Shown here: piece by piece, positions 38,843-52,334 of the stretch | Layout of the letters: the number at the start of each line of letters is the position of its first letter | Position numbering within the stretch: the stretch's first letter is position 1 | From: Gonapodya sp. JEL0774 | Lineage: Eukaryota | Direction of reading: 5' to 3' | Length of the DNA: 59,600 bases | Assembly: GCA_027604505.1 (NCBI GenBank) | Contig: JADIIX010000030.1 | Coordinates: 124,001 to 183,600 of the forward strand | Notes under the pieces: model-generated | Databases searched by the model: none | Told to the model about the DNA's origin: nothing | Seen by the model: the letters and a program-made list of their open reading frames with translations, nothing else | Position numbers and translations under genes: made by a program

Positions 38843-41800
38843 TTAGTTGTCTAGAATCACGTCGTAAGTCCACCCCACCGCACTCCGCACCCGTCGTCGC
38901 CAGTCCCCACCTCCACCACCTCGCGCAGACACCGACGATGAAAGTGCAGCCACCGACGCGGCAAAGTACACCAGCGAGACCACAAGTACCACCAGTGATA
39001 GGTACATCACATTCGCTCGCTGCCTCGACGCCAGTTTCCTGACCAACAGCGTGGTCATCGTCCTACCCATTGGACTCGACCTGGATCCCGGATTGTCTGC
39101 GGCAGCACCGCCGCGTCGTCTGGGTCCGCTTTCACTCTCCTGCATCATGGTCGCGTTTCCGCTTCCGTTGGCGATCCCGTTCCCGTTGGCGATCCCTTCC
39201 CCGTGCCCGTTTCTCTCCCCAACTCTCCTCACAGCCCCACTCCCATTCCCCTTCCCCAGTCCTTCTCCACTTTCCTTCTCCCTCTCCACTACAAAGCTCA
39301 CTGTCACCAACTCCCTCCCGGACAACGCCCCGTACACCGCATCGAACATCATCAGGGGCGCTCGAAGCGCACCGCGGGCCAGTCGCACGGCGAGGGGAAG
39401 CGTGGACAGGGTCTGAGAGGAGGCTGTGATGGCTGTGGCGAGCGCGAGGGCGGAGGCGGAGGTGGAGGCGGACGAGAGGGGGTTTGAGGAGTCGGCCTGC
39501 ATAGTTGTCTTCGTGGTGATGGTGGTGGTGGTTGTGCCAGAGGTCGTGGTGTGGTGATTGGCGCGAGCAGGGGTAACCTTGGTGCCGTCACTACCCCCCA
39601 GCCACGTGCCACCACCCGAGTCGCCTTGCGCGTCCAATCTGACCTCCCGAGGCCGTGGAGCAGGTGTGAGCTTCCCCCCGTTCGCCGTCTCCTTCTCCGT
39701 CATCGTCACTGGCCCAGTTGCCATAATCGGAGTGAGCGCCGGCGTGGGTACCGTCGTCGGAACATCGCCCTGCATGGGGCTCGCCTTGCTCTGAACAACC
39801 TCGCCACCCCCAGCTCCACCCCCGCTCCCTTTCCCAGGCCCCGCCACCGCCACCACAGCCTTGTCTTCCCTCCCCGTCCCCTCCATATCCCCCCACCGCG
39901 CTGCCGTCGCCCCGTCCCCCGTCGCGCCATGCACCGGCACCCTCAGCACCCCTTCAAACGTCCCCGCCCGCCCACTCAACCCCAAGGCTCTCCCACTGAG
40001 AGCAGAATACCCTGCCACGCCCACCCCTCCCGCGAACGTTGCCGTTCCGGGAACGTGGTGGACGCTACCAGCCCCCCATCGGCCGACGCCGACTCCGACG
40101 CCCATGCCCATGCCAATGCCCATGCTCATCCCCATTCCCAGGTTCATTGAGGAGGTCACGGACGACGAGATGGACCGCAGTGACGAGGTGGACGTGGTTC
40201 GTGACCGGGCGGGACGGAGCCGGGGGGGTACGGAGTGTTGCCGGGTGACCAGGACGGCGGAGAGGGGTTGAGCGAGGGCGGGAGCTGTGGTCGTGGAAGG
40301 TGGGGTTGCGGTTGCGGTGGTCCCGGCGAGCGGGGGTGGCGTGGCGGATGTGGGGATGGGGATGACTCCGCCTTGCAAGTCGGAGTGGTGGTCGGGGTGG
40401 GGAGGGCGGGAGATGGGCACGTGCGCGCCGAGAGACGCGAGGGAGCCGGGTGAAGGGAGTGCCGACGTGGGTCTGGATGAGAGTGCGATCACAGCCGCAG
40501 AGGCCGAGGCCGCAGCAGACGTGGGGATGGTGGTCGAACCGTCGGACGTGGAGGTCGATGCCGCCGAATCCATCGCGGCCAGCCGGCGCCTCAATGCGCG
40601 GACGAGAACTTCCCATCGCGAAGGAGGCACTTGCGAGAGTGGACGGGCGTAGTGGGCGAATAAGGGGGACTCTTGTGGGAGAGGGACTGGGTAGAGAACA
40701 CAAAAGGTCAACAAATGACCCACAAGAACCCCACATACGAAGCAAGAGCCAAAAAATAAAGTTACGTCAAAGACACAGGGCACGTTGTGCCTACATGTCC
40801 CCACTCTCCCCCCCCACCTATGCGACCTCCACTCACCGTCCCCATCCCATGCGCCGTTTCCCGCATCCCACCCCATCTCTCTCTTGAGCCCCTCCCACCC
40901 TCCTTCTACAAACGCCACTTTCCCCTTCCCCGTCCTCGCATCCCCCGCGACACTCGCGGGCAGCACGTTGCGGAACACGGACCACAGGCTCATCTGAACC
41001 CACCCTGCGTTGATGATGTAGGCGGTCGAGATGAAGGAAGGGAAGTGAGCAGGGAGAAGGGTGAGGAGACACGTGGGCAGAGAGGGGTTCTGGCGGCGGG
41101 GAAGAGACGGGAGGGTGGTGGGTAGTGACGGGGTGCAGCGGTTTGACGTGAGCGAAAAGCAAAACTCACCATACCCGCCATTCCGACACCTTCCACATCA
41201 ATCACGCACGCGAACTGCGCGACTACCGGTACTCCCTGCGGCCAAGAGGTCGTGGCGCCACCTTGGCTGTGCCCAAGCCCGTCGTCGGTGTCCTCTTCTC
41301 CCCGCTCTCGCTCCCGCTCACCCCACCCACCTTCCACTCGGACCAACCCCACATTCTTGGCCAGTTCCATCACCTGTGCGTCGGTCAAGGAATCGACCAG
41401 CTCGAGGGAGAAGTTGGATTCCGGAGGAAACCCACACCACCTGACCCTGCCACATGTCGTCGAGATCTTGTTCTCGTTCCCGTCATTTTGGGCGGCAGAG
41501 TTTGTCGCGTGGTCCTCTGCTGACGTCTTCGCACCGACAACAGTCCCTGGCGACGACGCCGTCGCCGACGCCGACCCTGATTCCGGCGTCGCCAAATCGT
41601 CTGAATCGGACGACACCGACGTGGGACTGTCACCTGCTATCGCGGTTACACCCCCACCAGCAAGGACCACTTCCCGCTCTTTCTCCGCTTGACCCCTCCC
41701 GCTCTTCTTGCCGACCCCATGTTGGACGCTGGAACCATTCCCGTTCCCGTTCCTCCTCCGCCGTACTTTTGTCCTCGCCCTGCCCCTCTCCCCCTCCTCT

Positions 41801-44090
41801 TCAATTTCCACACCCCCACCCGCACCGCCCGCCGTGCCCGCGCCAGCCCTCGTACTCGTGGCACCGGCACCATCTTGGATCTTCCACACCTCGTCATCGT
41901 CCGACATGTCAATTCCCAGTACGTCGTGCTCGTCCCCACCCGCACCGTCTGCATCCCACGTGTCGTCCCCGCTCGCGCTGCCACTCCCGCTGGCTCCGTC
42001 GCTCGAGCTCCGTCTCCTTCGTAACGCCGTCCACTGGTCTGGCTCCGCCTCGGTCTCGGTCGCAATGGACGTGGACGAGGTGCTCCCCATCGACTCGGTT
42101 CGCGAGCGCGACGGGGAGGAGAAAGGGGACGGGGACGGGGAAGGCAGGGGAACGGTGCCATTGCCGGTCCCCATGACACCCACGGGCAGAGTCCCGACCG
42201 CGTCCACGCCCATCAGCGAAGGTCCAGGCGACCCGGCGGGCACCTTCACGCCGCCAACGCCGCCATCTCTTTCCCTCCCCTGTCCATACCCCTTCCCGCC
42301 CTCCCTCAACACCCCGTCCCCTCTCCCGCCACGCCTTCCCACGCCCTCCCACCAGCACCCCTCGTTCCCATCCCTCAACATCCTCCTCCCCACCTCCATG
42401 ACCCCCGTGAAGAAAATCGTGAGGTCCTCGTAGGTCATGCCCGCCGCGTCTCGGAGGCGGATCACGGCCACGGGGCGGTCCAGGGGGTCTCGGACCGTGG
42501 GCGGGAGGAGGCTGAACAGGGTGGGCGGGGCAGGGGGGGTCGAGAGGGGGGCGGGAGGGGGCGGTGGGGGGTGGGGAGAGGAGCTGGGCGGGGTGGAGTG
42601 AGGAGATAGGACCGGGGATGGAGAAGGTGTGATGGTTGATTGTTGGTGAAACCGGGTAGAGTAGAGAAAACTTCAACAAAGGTACTGTCGCACGTTTCCC
42701 CTCAGCGGGTGCCCAAAGGAAAGCACGCAAGGGGTGTGTACGATGGAAATTGCCTCGGCCGACACACCACAGCACGTACCAAACCCTTTTCCGGAATATT
42801 CCACTAGGCGGGCTCGTCCCTGTGCTGTACTCTCGTACACTGATTGACTTGAATGGTCCCACTCCGCAGACTCGATACACTTTGCTTGGTCTCTGTCTCG
42901 TCCTGTCTGCTCGCTCCTTGCCGCATAGTCCCACCTCAGCAACCTCCACGAAAGCACCCGCCCCCAACCCCAACCACATATCGTGCAACCCTACTCACCC
43001 CTCTCTTCCTGGAATCCCCACTGGCTTCGACCTCGGTACCGCCTGGACGCTCGGCGCGCCCACAACCGGCAACGGGTAAACGTCCAATCCCGTGACGGCG
43101 CGGTGTCGCAGGTGGGCGAGGAAGGCGGTTAGGGCCGGGGCAGGGTGGAAAGCGTGGCGGCGGAGGAACCGGAGAGCGAAGACTGGGGTCGGGGTGGGGG
43201 TTGGGGGTGCGGTAGAGGAGAGGAGTGTGCGAGAGGGAGGAAAGGGGAGCAGGGTTACGGGTGAAGGCAGAATGTTAGGGAGTGTCGGAAAGGATAGTGC
43301 TCGAGGATGGGGAGAGTCAGTAAGACTCCGTGGTGCCAATTCGACATTTCGGATGCCCGTGAAATGCACAAGCATCTGACAGCCGCTCGTCGACGTTCGT
43401 GCAGGGGGGGCCACCAAACTGGCGGCTCCCAGGACCAGACCGGTGGACTTTTTCCGCCGCGAACGCTCGCGGAGCACGAATTAACGCACCATCATCCTCG
43501 ATGACCCTCAAGAGCGCCTCTGCAATTTCTTCCGACAAAAACACTCCACGAAATGGGTGCTGATCGAGGTCGTTGTCCGTGTCCATCCTGTCTTGGTCTT
43601 GCAGGTCCCTCGCGACGTCATCGTCGCCATACTCGTCGTAAGCACCACTTCGTGACGGTGTGGAAAAAGACCAAGGCGAGGAAGGTGCGGAGGCGGATGA
43701 AGAGGAGGTGAGGTGTCGTGGTGGAGAGAGACGGAGTCCGAGTCTGTCTGCGAGGTCGTCCGAGGTTGCAGAGTCGCGGCGAGAGCGAGAGCGAGAGTGA
43801 GCGGAAGGGGAAGAGGAGAGAGTGTGGAGTGAGGGCGAGACGGAGCGAAGACGGGCAGAGGAATTTGAGATGGAAGCGTTGGACTCGCGTCTTGCAGCGA
43901 TGACAGCGGCAGCAGCGTCGCGTTGCAGAGCGCGGACAAGAGCAAAGTGAGAAGAGAGCAGATAAGCGTAGTCTGATGACTGGGCGTTGGAGTCTGGTGG
44001 TGGAGTTGGCGAGTTGGAGTGGAGTGATGACGTCACGGCTCCGTTGCGGGACGGGGAATAGAGCGATGACGTTGATGCTGATGATGTCAT
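38843..44090 (-). CDS. CRAL-TRIO (Sec14-like) lipid-binding protein with C-terminal transmembrane segment
   Basis: FALRFLRRHAF...ALTAFLAHLRHR (CRAL-TRIO-N-like), GRDPLDRPVAVIRLR, QFACVIDVEGVGM, LWSVFRNVLP...KVAFV, and C-terminal hydrophobic VMYLSLVVLVVSLVYFAASV. Exon boundaries are approximate. Confidence 0.72.
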
Positions 44091-45732
44091 CTGCGCCGTG
44101 GACCGGGCGTGTGGGGCAAGGTTGAAGAGCGGACGGGAATCAGACCCGCTGCGTGTTGTGGGTGAAGACGGGGCTGTGGCCAGCCGTGGGGAGACGCGAT
44201 ACAAATATAAATCCCGAGCTGAGTCACTCAACTTGTGCGAATAAATAATCGCAAAAGATTTTAAAAGCTTACTTTGAGCATTAGTCGAATACAGTCTTTG
44301 ACGGGAATCGGTCACGTTGATATCAGGATGGCCACTGAATCCACCGTTCATTGAAGCTCATAAATATACACTACTGTTGACCGCAATACCACGCGCACAC
44401 TGTACACAAAACGCATAGCGTGCAAGTTAATATCTGAGTGAAGATCGGTACCATCCCGTGCCCGTTGGTAACCTCTCGGTCGTGTTGGGGCGGATTCCAT
44501 GCCATCAGCAGTGTTTCAACCACAGTGACATCACCCACATTTCCTTTCTCTTGGGACAGCGTTATTGAACAGGAGCAAAGAGACGACCGAATTCGTGCAA
44601 CTGATACACTTCTTCTTATTTTCGGTTGCCCACTAGTGGGTTTCGAAGTTCACCGGAATGCTCCGGAATAAAGTTCCTGGAATCTAAAAACCCATTCCGG
44701 AATTTCCTCCGCAATGGGTGCCTCTCCGGAATCGTTCAACCGTGCACTCACTCAAAACTCCTACATCCAAACCTCTGTCGTCCACACGATTCATCCCACG
44801 AGCGAGCTAATGAGCTAGCCCCTATGAGAATAGCCTAGGAGATGAATTGCCGGGAGATCTACTGGCATTCAGATTCGCTGCCTGAACCCCATTCGGGGGA
44901 GGGACTGGATTCTGCAGCGACAACCCACTACACTCAGCAGTGCTTTAGGTTTTATGTATTGCCTTACTTATGCTAATAAACCCTAGAAGATGGAGCTGCT
45001 CGAAATCTGGAGTCTGGGAGTTGGAGCCACAAACCCTCTACAAATCCTGGGGCCGCCGATGTTATCAGAGTTGGAGTGACCAGAGGAGGTGAGCCTACAT
45101 CCCCCACATTGGAGTGCGGGAGCGGTCGGCGAAGGCCAACAGGGCACCACACCAGAGTCCGAACAATAGGAGAAGCCTTGTGGGGGCGAGAGATAGTGCC
45201 AAGTGGCTGTGAGGGGAAGGTAAGAGCACTCCACCGCGCAGCAGCATATAGGAAGGTTATTGTTGTGGAGGCGTGGTTGGTGGCAGATCCTTGGAGATAA
45301 TCGTTGAAGCAAACTATCACACATTTGTTATCCACGTATCTTTTTTGGGCGGTGGTATAATACGTTCAGGTTTACGTCGGTAACTGACTCTTCGATCGCA
45401 ACTATTTGCTATCGCGTACGGTGTCAGGCACGATCACACACATTTTCCTTTCCCAAGTGTCTTCTGCGTCAACTGCTTGGTCTTTAAAGGTTCAAGATTT
45501 ACACCTGTGTTTATGATATTACGTCAACATGGCAGAGGTGCTCAACATTAGCTTTTTCATACACGAAGGTATCTTTACCACCCAGATCAAAGAGTTTAAT
45601 TGCACATTGCACAACAATGCAATCACTTTCATTCTTCTCTGGGTGTGGTGTGGGTGGAACGTCTGTGTGTATGGTGAGTCCGCATCCGTGGTCGCCGATC
45701 GGGGAGTAGTGAGGTAATACAACAAGGCGATA

Positions 45733-48700
45733 ATGCGCACGCAAGACGCAGGACGGCGCCGACCCCGCACGGGCAGCGGCAGTCGCACAGTCACTTTTCT
45801 GACGCCAGGTCCCCGCTCTGTGTCGCCCAACGGATACCCCTCGGACGGTCCTCGCGCACGGGCTGCAGCTGTCCCCCAAACGCTCCCTTCTTCGCTCCAG
45901 CCACTGCGCCGTCTCCGCTTGTCTTCCATGATCGTTCTTTTGCTCCCTCTGTGTCTCCTGCTCGTCCTGGTTGCTGCAGTTACAATGTCCCCGTTCAGGA
46001 CACCCTCAGCACTCCCCACACTCCTCGCCTCCGAATCGTCACCTCCCTCTCCCCCTCCAAATCACCCTTGGATCCCTTCTCACCCCCATCCTGCGCCTCC
46101 CCCGCCGGCTGACGACCTGCTTGCTGCGTGAGTCTGCTGGATACCTTGTAGCACATACTCCAAACTACTCGCAGCCTTACCGCTCGTTTTTTCCATAACA
46201 GTCTTATCCCTGTCTTCCTAGTCGCTCTGTCTGTCCTCCTCCTTCTTGTCTTTTTCCTCGTCGGACTCTTCTGCTCGGGCCCAAACGCTCCTCGGGGAAG
46301 TGCAGCCTCCCCAAAGAGGGAGGACGAGTGGTTTGCCGCCTTCGGCGGTGCAATGGGTGAGTTAATGTGGAAAATCGTGGAAAAGGGTCAAACGTAGTCC
46401 AATGGTTCATCAAGGCTGTGTTACATGTCATTGACCCCTGGATGTTGTTCGGTAGCATGTCCTCTGCAAAAAATAAAGTGTCCATCCAGCACTTCATCAG
46501 TTGAAGAAGAGTGGGGCAAATTGACAAGGCGTCTGCAAACGGGATGGACCTGACATGACTCTGTGTCAGACTTGGGATCACTCCGCAATCCTGACTGGCC
46601 AACTATGGACTCACGAATCATCATTATTTCCGCTCAAATCGGGATTTCACACTTGTGTCTCTACATGCAAACCCGTTCTCACCCTCAATACCCCCAAACC
46701 TTAATCCACCCTTCCCAAGCCGACCAGTGGCTCTCCTCCCTCCCACATCCCCCTCCATCTCCTTCACCAACGTCGTCCCCGTCCTCACCATCCCCATCTT
46801 CTTTCCCGTCCCCCACTGCCCCACCTCAACCCCCACCGCCCTCGACACCACCCAACCCCTCTCCCCACCCTGTCGTCCCCACCCCATCTCACCTCGACGC
46901 CATCGACCGAGCATCAGGGTGGCAATCGGTCCGCGACAGAGTCGAGCGCAGCAGGCGGGAACGGCGGGCCAGACGGCGGGGCAAAGGTGTTGTGCACCAA
47001 GGTGACGGGAGTGGGGATGGGAACGAGTTAGAGTATGCGCGTGACAGTGGTCGGGGACGGGACGCGAGCCGTTTTGGAGGTGCGGATGTAGACGCGATCG
47101 TAATCCCAGACGCGGATATCGACCAAGAGGACGACAACGAGGATGCAGCGGCCACGGAGATCCAAAAAGCCCTCGCGAGGGCTTACAAGTTCGTTCCGAA
47201 TCTGGATATGGGCGAGGAGAGGGGCGTGGTGTACGATGTTTACGATCCGTGAGTTTAGAGTCCCTGGGGGGTTGAGGGGATTGGTAGTTGGGGACTCAGG
47301 GTTCGGGACGCCTACGCTTAGAACGCGGCGTGGTGTGGATTGGGGAGTGGTTTTGGACGGTTAGAGCGCTAAAATGTGTTCTGTGTGTGATGCGATTATT
47401 CGTCGTGGCGTGGGTGACGTGGAGCGAGACTCCGGCGCCCCTCTTCGGATGGTTGAAGGTCATGGTGCATCGCCCGGTTTCACGTCCCCTTTCCACCCCA
47501 CCTCATCCCAATCCCGTCTCTCACTCTTCTTCCCGCCCATCTCCATCGCCACCAATCTATTCATCCCATTACCATAACCAAAAGTTTCGACGACATCTCC
47601 TCCTGGGGCGGCGTGTCGGTCCACGAAGGAACGTCGATCACGTTTCGCAAGTGGACAGAGAGGACGGTCGTGAGTGAGTACGATGGGATGTGGGAGGCAG
47701 AAGGAGGGTTCACCCGAGGGCGTACAAGTGGAATTTTTCGGTGCCCACCCAAAAACCCACCCAGAAATGACCCCGATGGAGGTGGATTGATTTTCAGTCG
47801 GCCAAGCCGTACTCGACGATTCGGTGGGGAAGTGCTGTGGTGTGTCCAAGAACTGTGAAAGAGACGCTGGGTTGTCACGGGTGTGGTTCCCATGGTGGTG
47901 CGCGACGATTCCCTCCGCTGACACGAACACCATTTATAATCCAATCCCCCATCCTTCCTCCCCCCATCTCACAAAACACCACCCCCCTTGGGCCACCCTC
48001 ATCCACCGTCCAGCCTCCCTGCCCCTCTGGAAACCCACTGCACCCGCACCCCCATCCCACGCGCCTACGCTCCCCCCCACCGCGCCCGCGGAGCCCCCGT
48101 ACCTCTACTTCGAGGCCCTCCTATCCTACGTCGGACCCGACCAAGAGTGGCTGGCCCAGAACCGCGCAATACAACAGGTGGCCGCCGTTGAGGAGAGGAT
48201 ACGCGAGGCGGAGAGGGAGGTGCAGGCCGTTAGGGAGGCTAGGGAGAGGGAGGCGCGGGGGCAAGGGGAAGAAGGGGTGGTGGCGCACGTTGCGAGCGCG
48301 GTTGGGGCGGCAGCGGGAGCAGGGAGTGGGAGCGGTACGCAGAGTGGGACGGCCAGTGGAATGGGACCCACCTCGCTGTCGGGCAGTGGCCAAACAGGCG
48401 GGCAGGCGATACCTGCGTCAGCTGCGACCACGTCGTCGTGGGCCGACGCAATGATTCCCAGATCGTGGCGAAGGGCGTCGCCGTCGCCCACGCCGGCCAC
48501 TCGTCCGGGAGCTAGCGAGGCTGGCCGGGATGGCGAGGAAGGCAGGCGGCTGTCACCGACAGGAGGTGGGCGAGCACGGACACCGACTCCGACACCACCG
48601 ACGCACCCGCCACCGCCAGCGGTATCCGTGATGACTGAGACGCCGTCCGGTACGATTGCGTTGGTGGAAGGTGTCGGTGTAGGGGCGTGGGGAGACGACG

Positions 48701-51252
48701 CAAGGATAGGAACACAGGAACATGCCGTTTCAGTGTCCCGGAACAGGGTGCCGTCCGCCGCGCCGCCACCGTACGAGTATGAAGACAGCGACGAGGGGGA
48801 TTGGGAGCGGGCCAGTAGAGGGGGTGTGGACGGAGGTGGTGGAGCACAAGACACGTCGATACTTGTGGAACCTGGTGTGATGTCCTCATCGTCGCAGCAG
48901 AGGACAACGCCGGCGGTGCAACAACCGTCTGTGGTGTACTCGAGTCCATTTTCGTGGTTTAGGATGTTGGGAGGTGGGGAGGAGGCTCCCAATATACCCC
49001 CCGTGGACCAATCGGTTGAAGTCGGGAACGGAGAGGCTGCAAACCTGTTCCAATGGGATGTGGGACAGGAGGGGGCGGAAAGTGCTGCTCCACAGTGGGA
49101 AACACAGCAGCAGGTGGAGCGTGGGAGGCAGCTGTCAGTGAACAACGCAGCACCGTTCCGCCAGCCTTCGCCTGGCGGATCACCTCGGCGAAGGGACTAT
49201 GTGGAACATGAGGACGTGCTTTCGGGATCAGCGCTTCCAGTGAGACGGGCCGCAGGGTACACACCTTCTGTCATGACGCTTGAACGCCTGATGCCTTCCC
49301 GAGGGGACCCGGACATTCGCGTCTCGGTTGGATTATGCACCCGCCCGTACCCACCTTTTTACCTTCCCGGACGTTACGTGCATTCTATCGCATATGTAAC
49401 GGACCATGACGGTGCGTGGGTCACGGTTTGCACCACAGACCTGGTTGGTGACCAGAAGAAGACCAAGGTGTATGAGCTGGGCAACGATCCCAGAGTCATG
49501 GCCAGACAGGGCGATACAGTGGGCGTGGGGTATAGTCGGGAGATGGGGACGGTTTTCTTTACTGTAAATGGGGTGAGGCTCGAGTTGCCAAAGGAGGCGA
49601 AGCCTGTGGAGCCCGTGGAAGATAGAGTAAAAACAGTTGATGAGGTTGGGCGTGGAAGGCGGGTTAAGGGGAAGGGGAAGGGGAAGGGGAAGAATAAGAT
49701 CAAGTTGGATGGGGAAGTCGCGAGTGGAACAGACCTGCAGAGGGAGGGTATAGCGGGAGGGGCGGGGAAGAACTCGTGGTGGACCTACTTGACTCAAATG
49801 GTGTGGAGGAAACCGAGGCGGGGAAACCTAGAAGTAGGGGGTGCGATGGAGGATGATGAGGACTTGGAGGAGGGGGGGCACTTGGATGTGGAGGATGACG
49901 ACGGGCGTGAGGAATATGGCGAAACGTCGCCTCTGCTGGGTTCTTCGGAACGAGAAGGGAGCGCTAAATCGGACAATGTACAGCAGCAGACCCCTGTAGT
50001 AAAGGAACCGGAGCCTGACTTTTTTGCGAACCCGGATGACCCTGACGACTTATTCTGGGCTGTGCGTAATGCTTATTTCAACTTCCACGCTTGTGTTGGC
50101 GCAACGGGACCGTGTCAAGTTTTGGTCAATTTTGGACGCACACCCTACATTTGGGAGGGTGTCAGTGATCATGAAAGTGGTGCAGGGGAGAGTTGGATGA
50201 CTGGACAGCGGGATGAAGACGACTTTGGAGACTATCAGACTTCGAGTGTGGTCGTGGAGGAAGGCTTGCGGAGATACCCAGACAACCACCCCACTCTGGA
50301 CTCGTTGGCGACGAGTGGTGCGACGCAATCCGTTGCGTTGATCGTCGAGGCAGCAGATCCTGGAGAAGGACCTTCGGATCAACCACCCCCCAGAATTGTG
50401 CAACCAGCTGCGACTTCACCTCCTGTCTATCCGGACTCCCGTCAATCTTCGTCCAGATTGCTGCCCCCATTGCGGGATCAACCGAGTTTTTCGGGGTCCC
50501 TCGACTCCAGTCTGGCCGCGTCAAGCCTTGGTGCGTCAACTTCTTCGATCACTTCTCGTTCTCGATCTCCATTCCGAGGTGGGAAGAGACGGACGCAAGC
50601 CATGTCGCATTCAAGTATTATTCCGTCCGACCCAGTTGACGCCGCGCTCGCTGGTGCTCCACTTATTTCCGAAGAGGCGAGGATGGTTCTGGCGGGAATA
50701 TCGTTGGATGTGAACGCATCTGCTATTGAGGCCGGACGTGGCTCCGAAACATCCGCAGTGGCAACACCAAACAGCCGGTGGCATCCTGATCCCAGCAATT
50801 CGGCAGACTCAGACCCTCACTCTCTCCCTCCTTCATATGAGACCGCGATGCGATCGCGTCAACTTCTGACGGTTACTCCATCCACCCCGATGCGGGAAGT
50901 GGATTCTTTCCAGCTGGAAGACCCGGCCTCTGCTAGGAATGGCGGAGGTTCGTCGGGCCAAAGCTCATCGTGGTTCGGAGAACCATCAAGCCCAGCCTCA
51001 CGCAGACGGTCCTGGGATATTTCCAACGTCTTCCATCGTGCTTCGCCCTCACTGACATCAGAAAGCATGGTTAACCGACGGGCCACACCGGATTTTCTCC
51101 ATCCACGTGGAGGGGACGAACCACCCTCGCCATCCTCAGAAAATGGTAGTACTCCACGGTCCAGTCATCGAAGGGGCAATAGTTTGGGTGAGCTTATTGC
51201 TGGGCTGAGGCGGCAAAGCCATTCCGATCCTGTGGATGTTGAGTTACAATAA
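45733..51252 (+). CDS. Ssh4/Ear1-like membrane SPRY-domain protein with PY motifs (Rsp5/Nedd4 adaptor-like)
   Basis: N-terminal hydrophobic segments (exons at 45733 and 46202). SPRY motifs LYFE, VSVGLCTRPYPPFYLPG...SIAY, GDTVGVGY...VFFTVNG, HACVGATGPCQVLVNFG. PPxY motifs PPPY, PPVY and PPSY. Confidence 0.8.
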
Positions 51253-51637
51253 CTGTGTTTGTTGCCGGTCTGAGATTTCTTGGTCTCTACTTCTCCCACC
51301 TCGGCAATGTGCAATTTTGCAGATGTACTGACGTATTTTTAGTATTGAACAATAGATATTTGTCTCAGTCATAAGTGTTTTTACCGATGGGTTAATGTAT
51401 CCTCAGTTCCATTTCAGAGATCCCCAAGATGTAGAAAGTCACGAAATATTTGCTTATCTTTCTATGTGCAGGCGCTGGTGAGCCTTTAGCCGGTCATAAC
51501 AGTAAACAGAAATTAGATATGCTGTGGGCCTCTCGCAATTTCCGTGTTCGTCTCCGTGGTTCCGCTTGTGGCAAAATCGAACGCGTTCAAAGAGTGTGAA
51601 TAAATGTAACCAAAAAGCTAATCACAATCAATGTAAA

Positions 51638-51850
51638 TCATAAATATAGCTCATTGCGCACAATTTTGTACTTTACCACATCCGGAAACCCCTTCAACCT
51701 CCTATAGTGATTTGGGTCAAGCAAAGGAGATGTGAGAACTTCATGGATACTTGGACGGGAAGAGGGGTCAACATCGAACATATCTCGAATAAACAAGATC
51801 ACTGAAGGAGAGGTTGACAATAGCGGTGTATTGAATTCAAGTGACAGCAA
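51638..51850 (-). pseudogene. Orphan protein kinase C-terminal fragment (subdomain XI-like)
   Basis: FIRDMFDVDPSSRPSIHEVLTSPLL resembles kinase subdomain XI. No HRD/DFG/APE exons fit between it and the upstream gene's stop at 52335. Confidence 0.4.
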
Positions 51851-52334
51851 ATTCAACACTAATTGCATTCGCAACTCACATGCCAAACATGGTTTGAGTT
51901 TGTGGAGTAGGTTACTAATGTGACCGTCCGTTTCTGCATTTGGAATCTCCTTGGATAGATGGTTTTAGTTGTAGACGAGGCCCTTTCTGTTGCGAGGTGG
52001 CACAACGCGGCTGTGGTAAATCGTCGCTGACTGGGATCTGTGCAATCAATTACAAGCCTGTCAAATGACTTTGCATGGCTTCTGCTATGCAGCATACATA
52101 GCATGCCTGTGAACCAAAGCTCAGGGCAAAAAAAAAAAGAAGAAAATAGCACAACCGTGCGAACAGGAGAAAGCCGCTCAAACTTTTTACAACGAGGAAT
52201 GAGGACGCGAGAAGCAGCTTTAACTTAAATACAAGATAAAACGCTTCTGGTGGCTACATGCATGCCATTTTAACACATTCACAAATGACTTGGACCGAAC
52301 ATACTCTCTCACAAAAATGCAACAACAACAGTCT

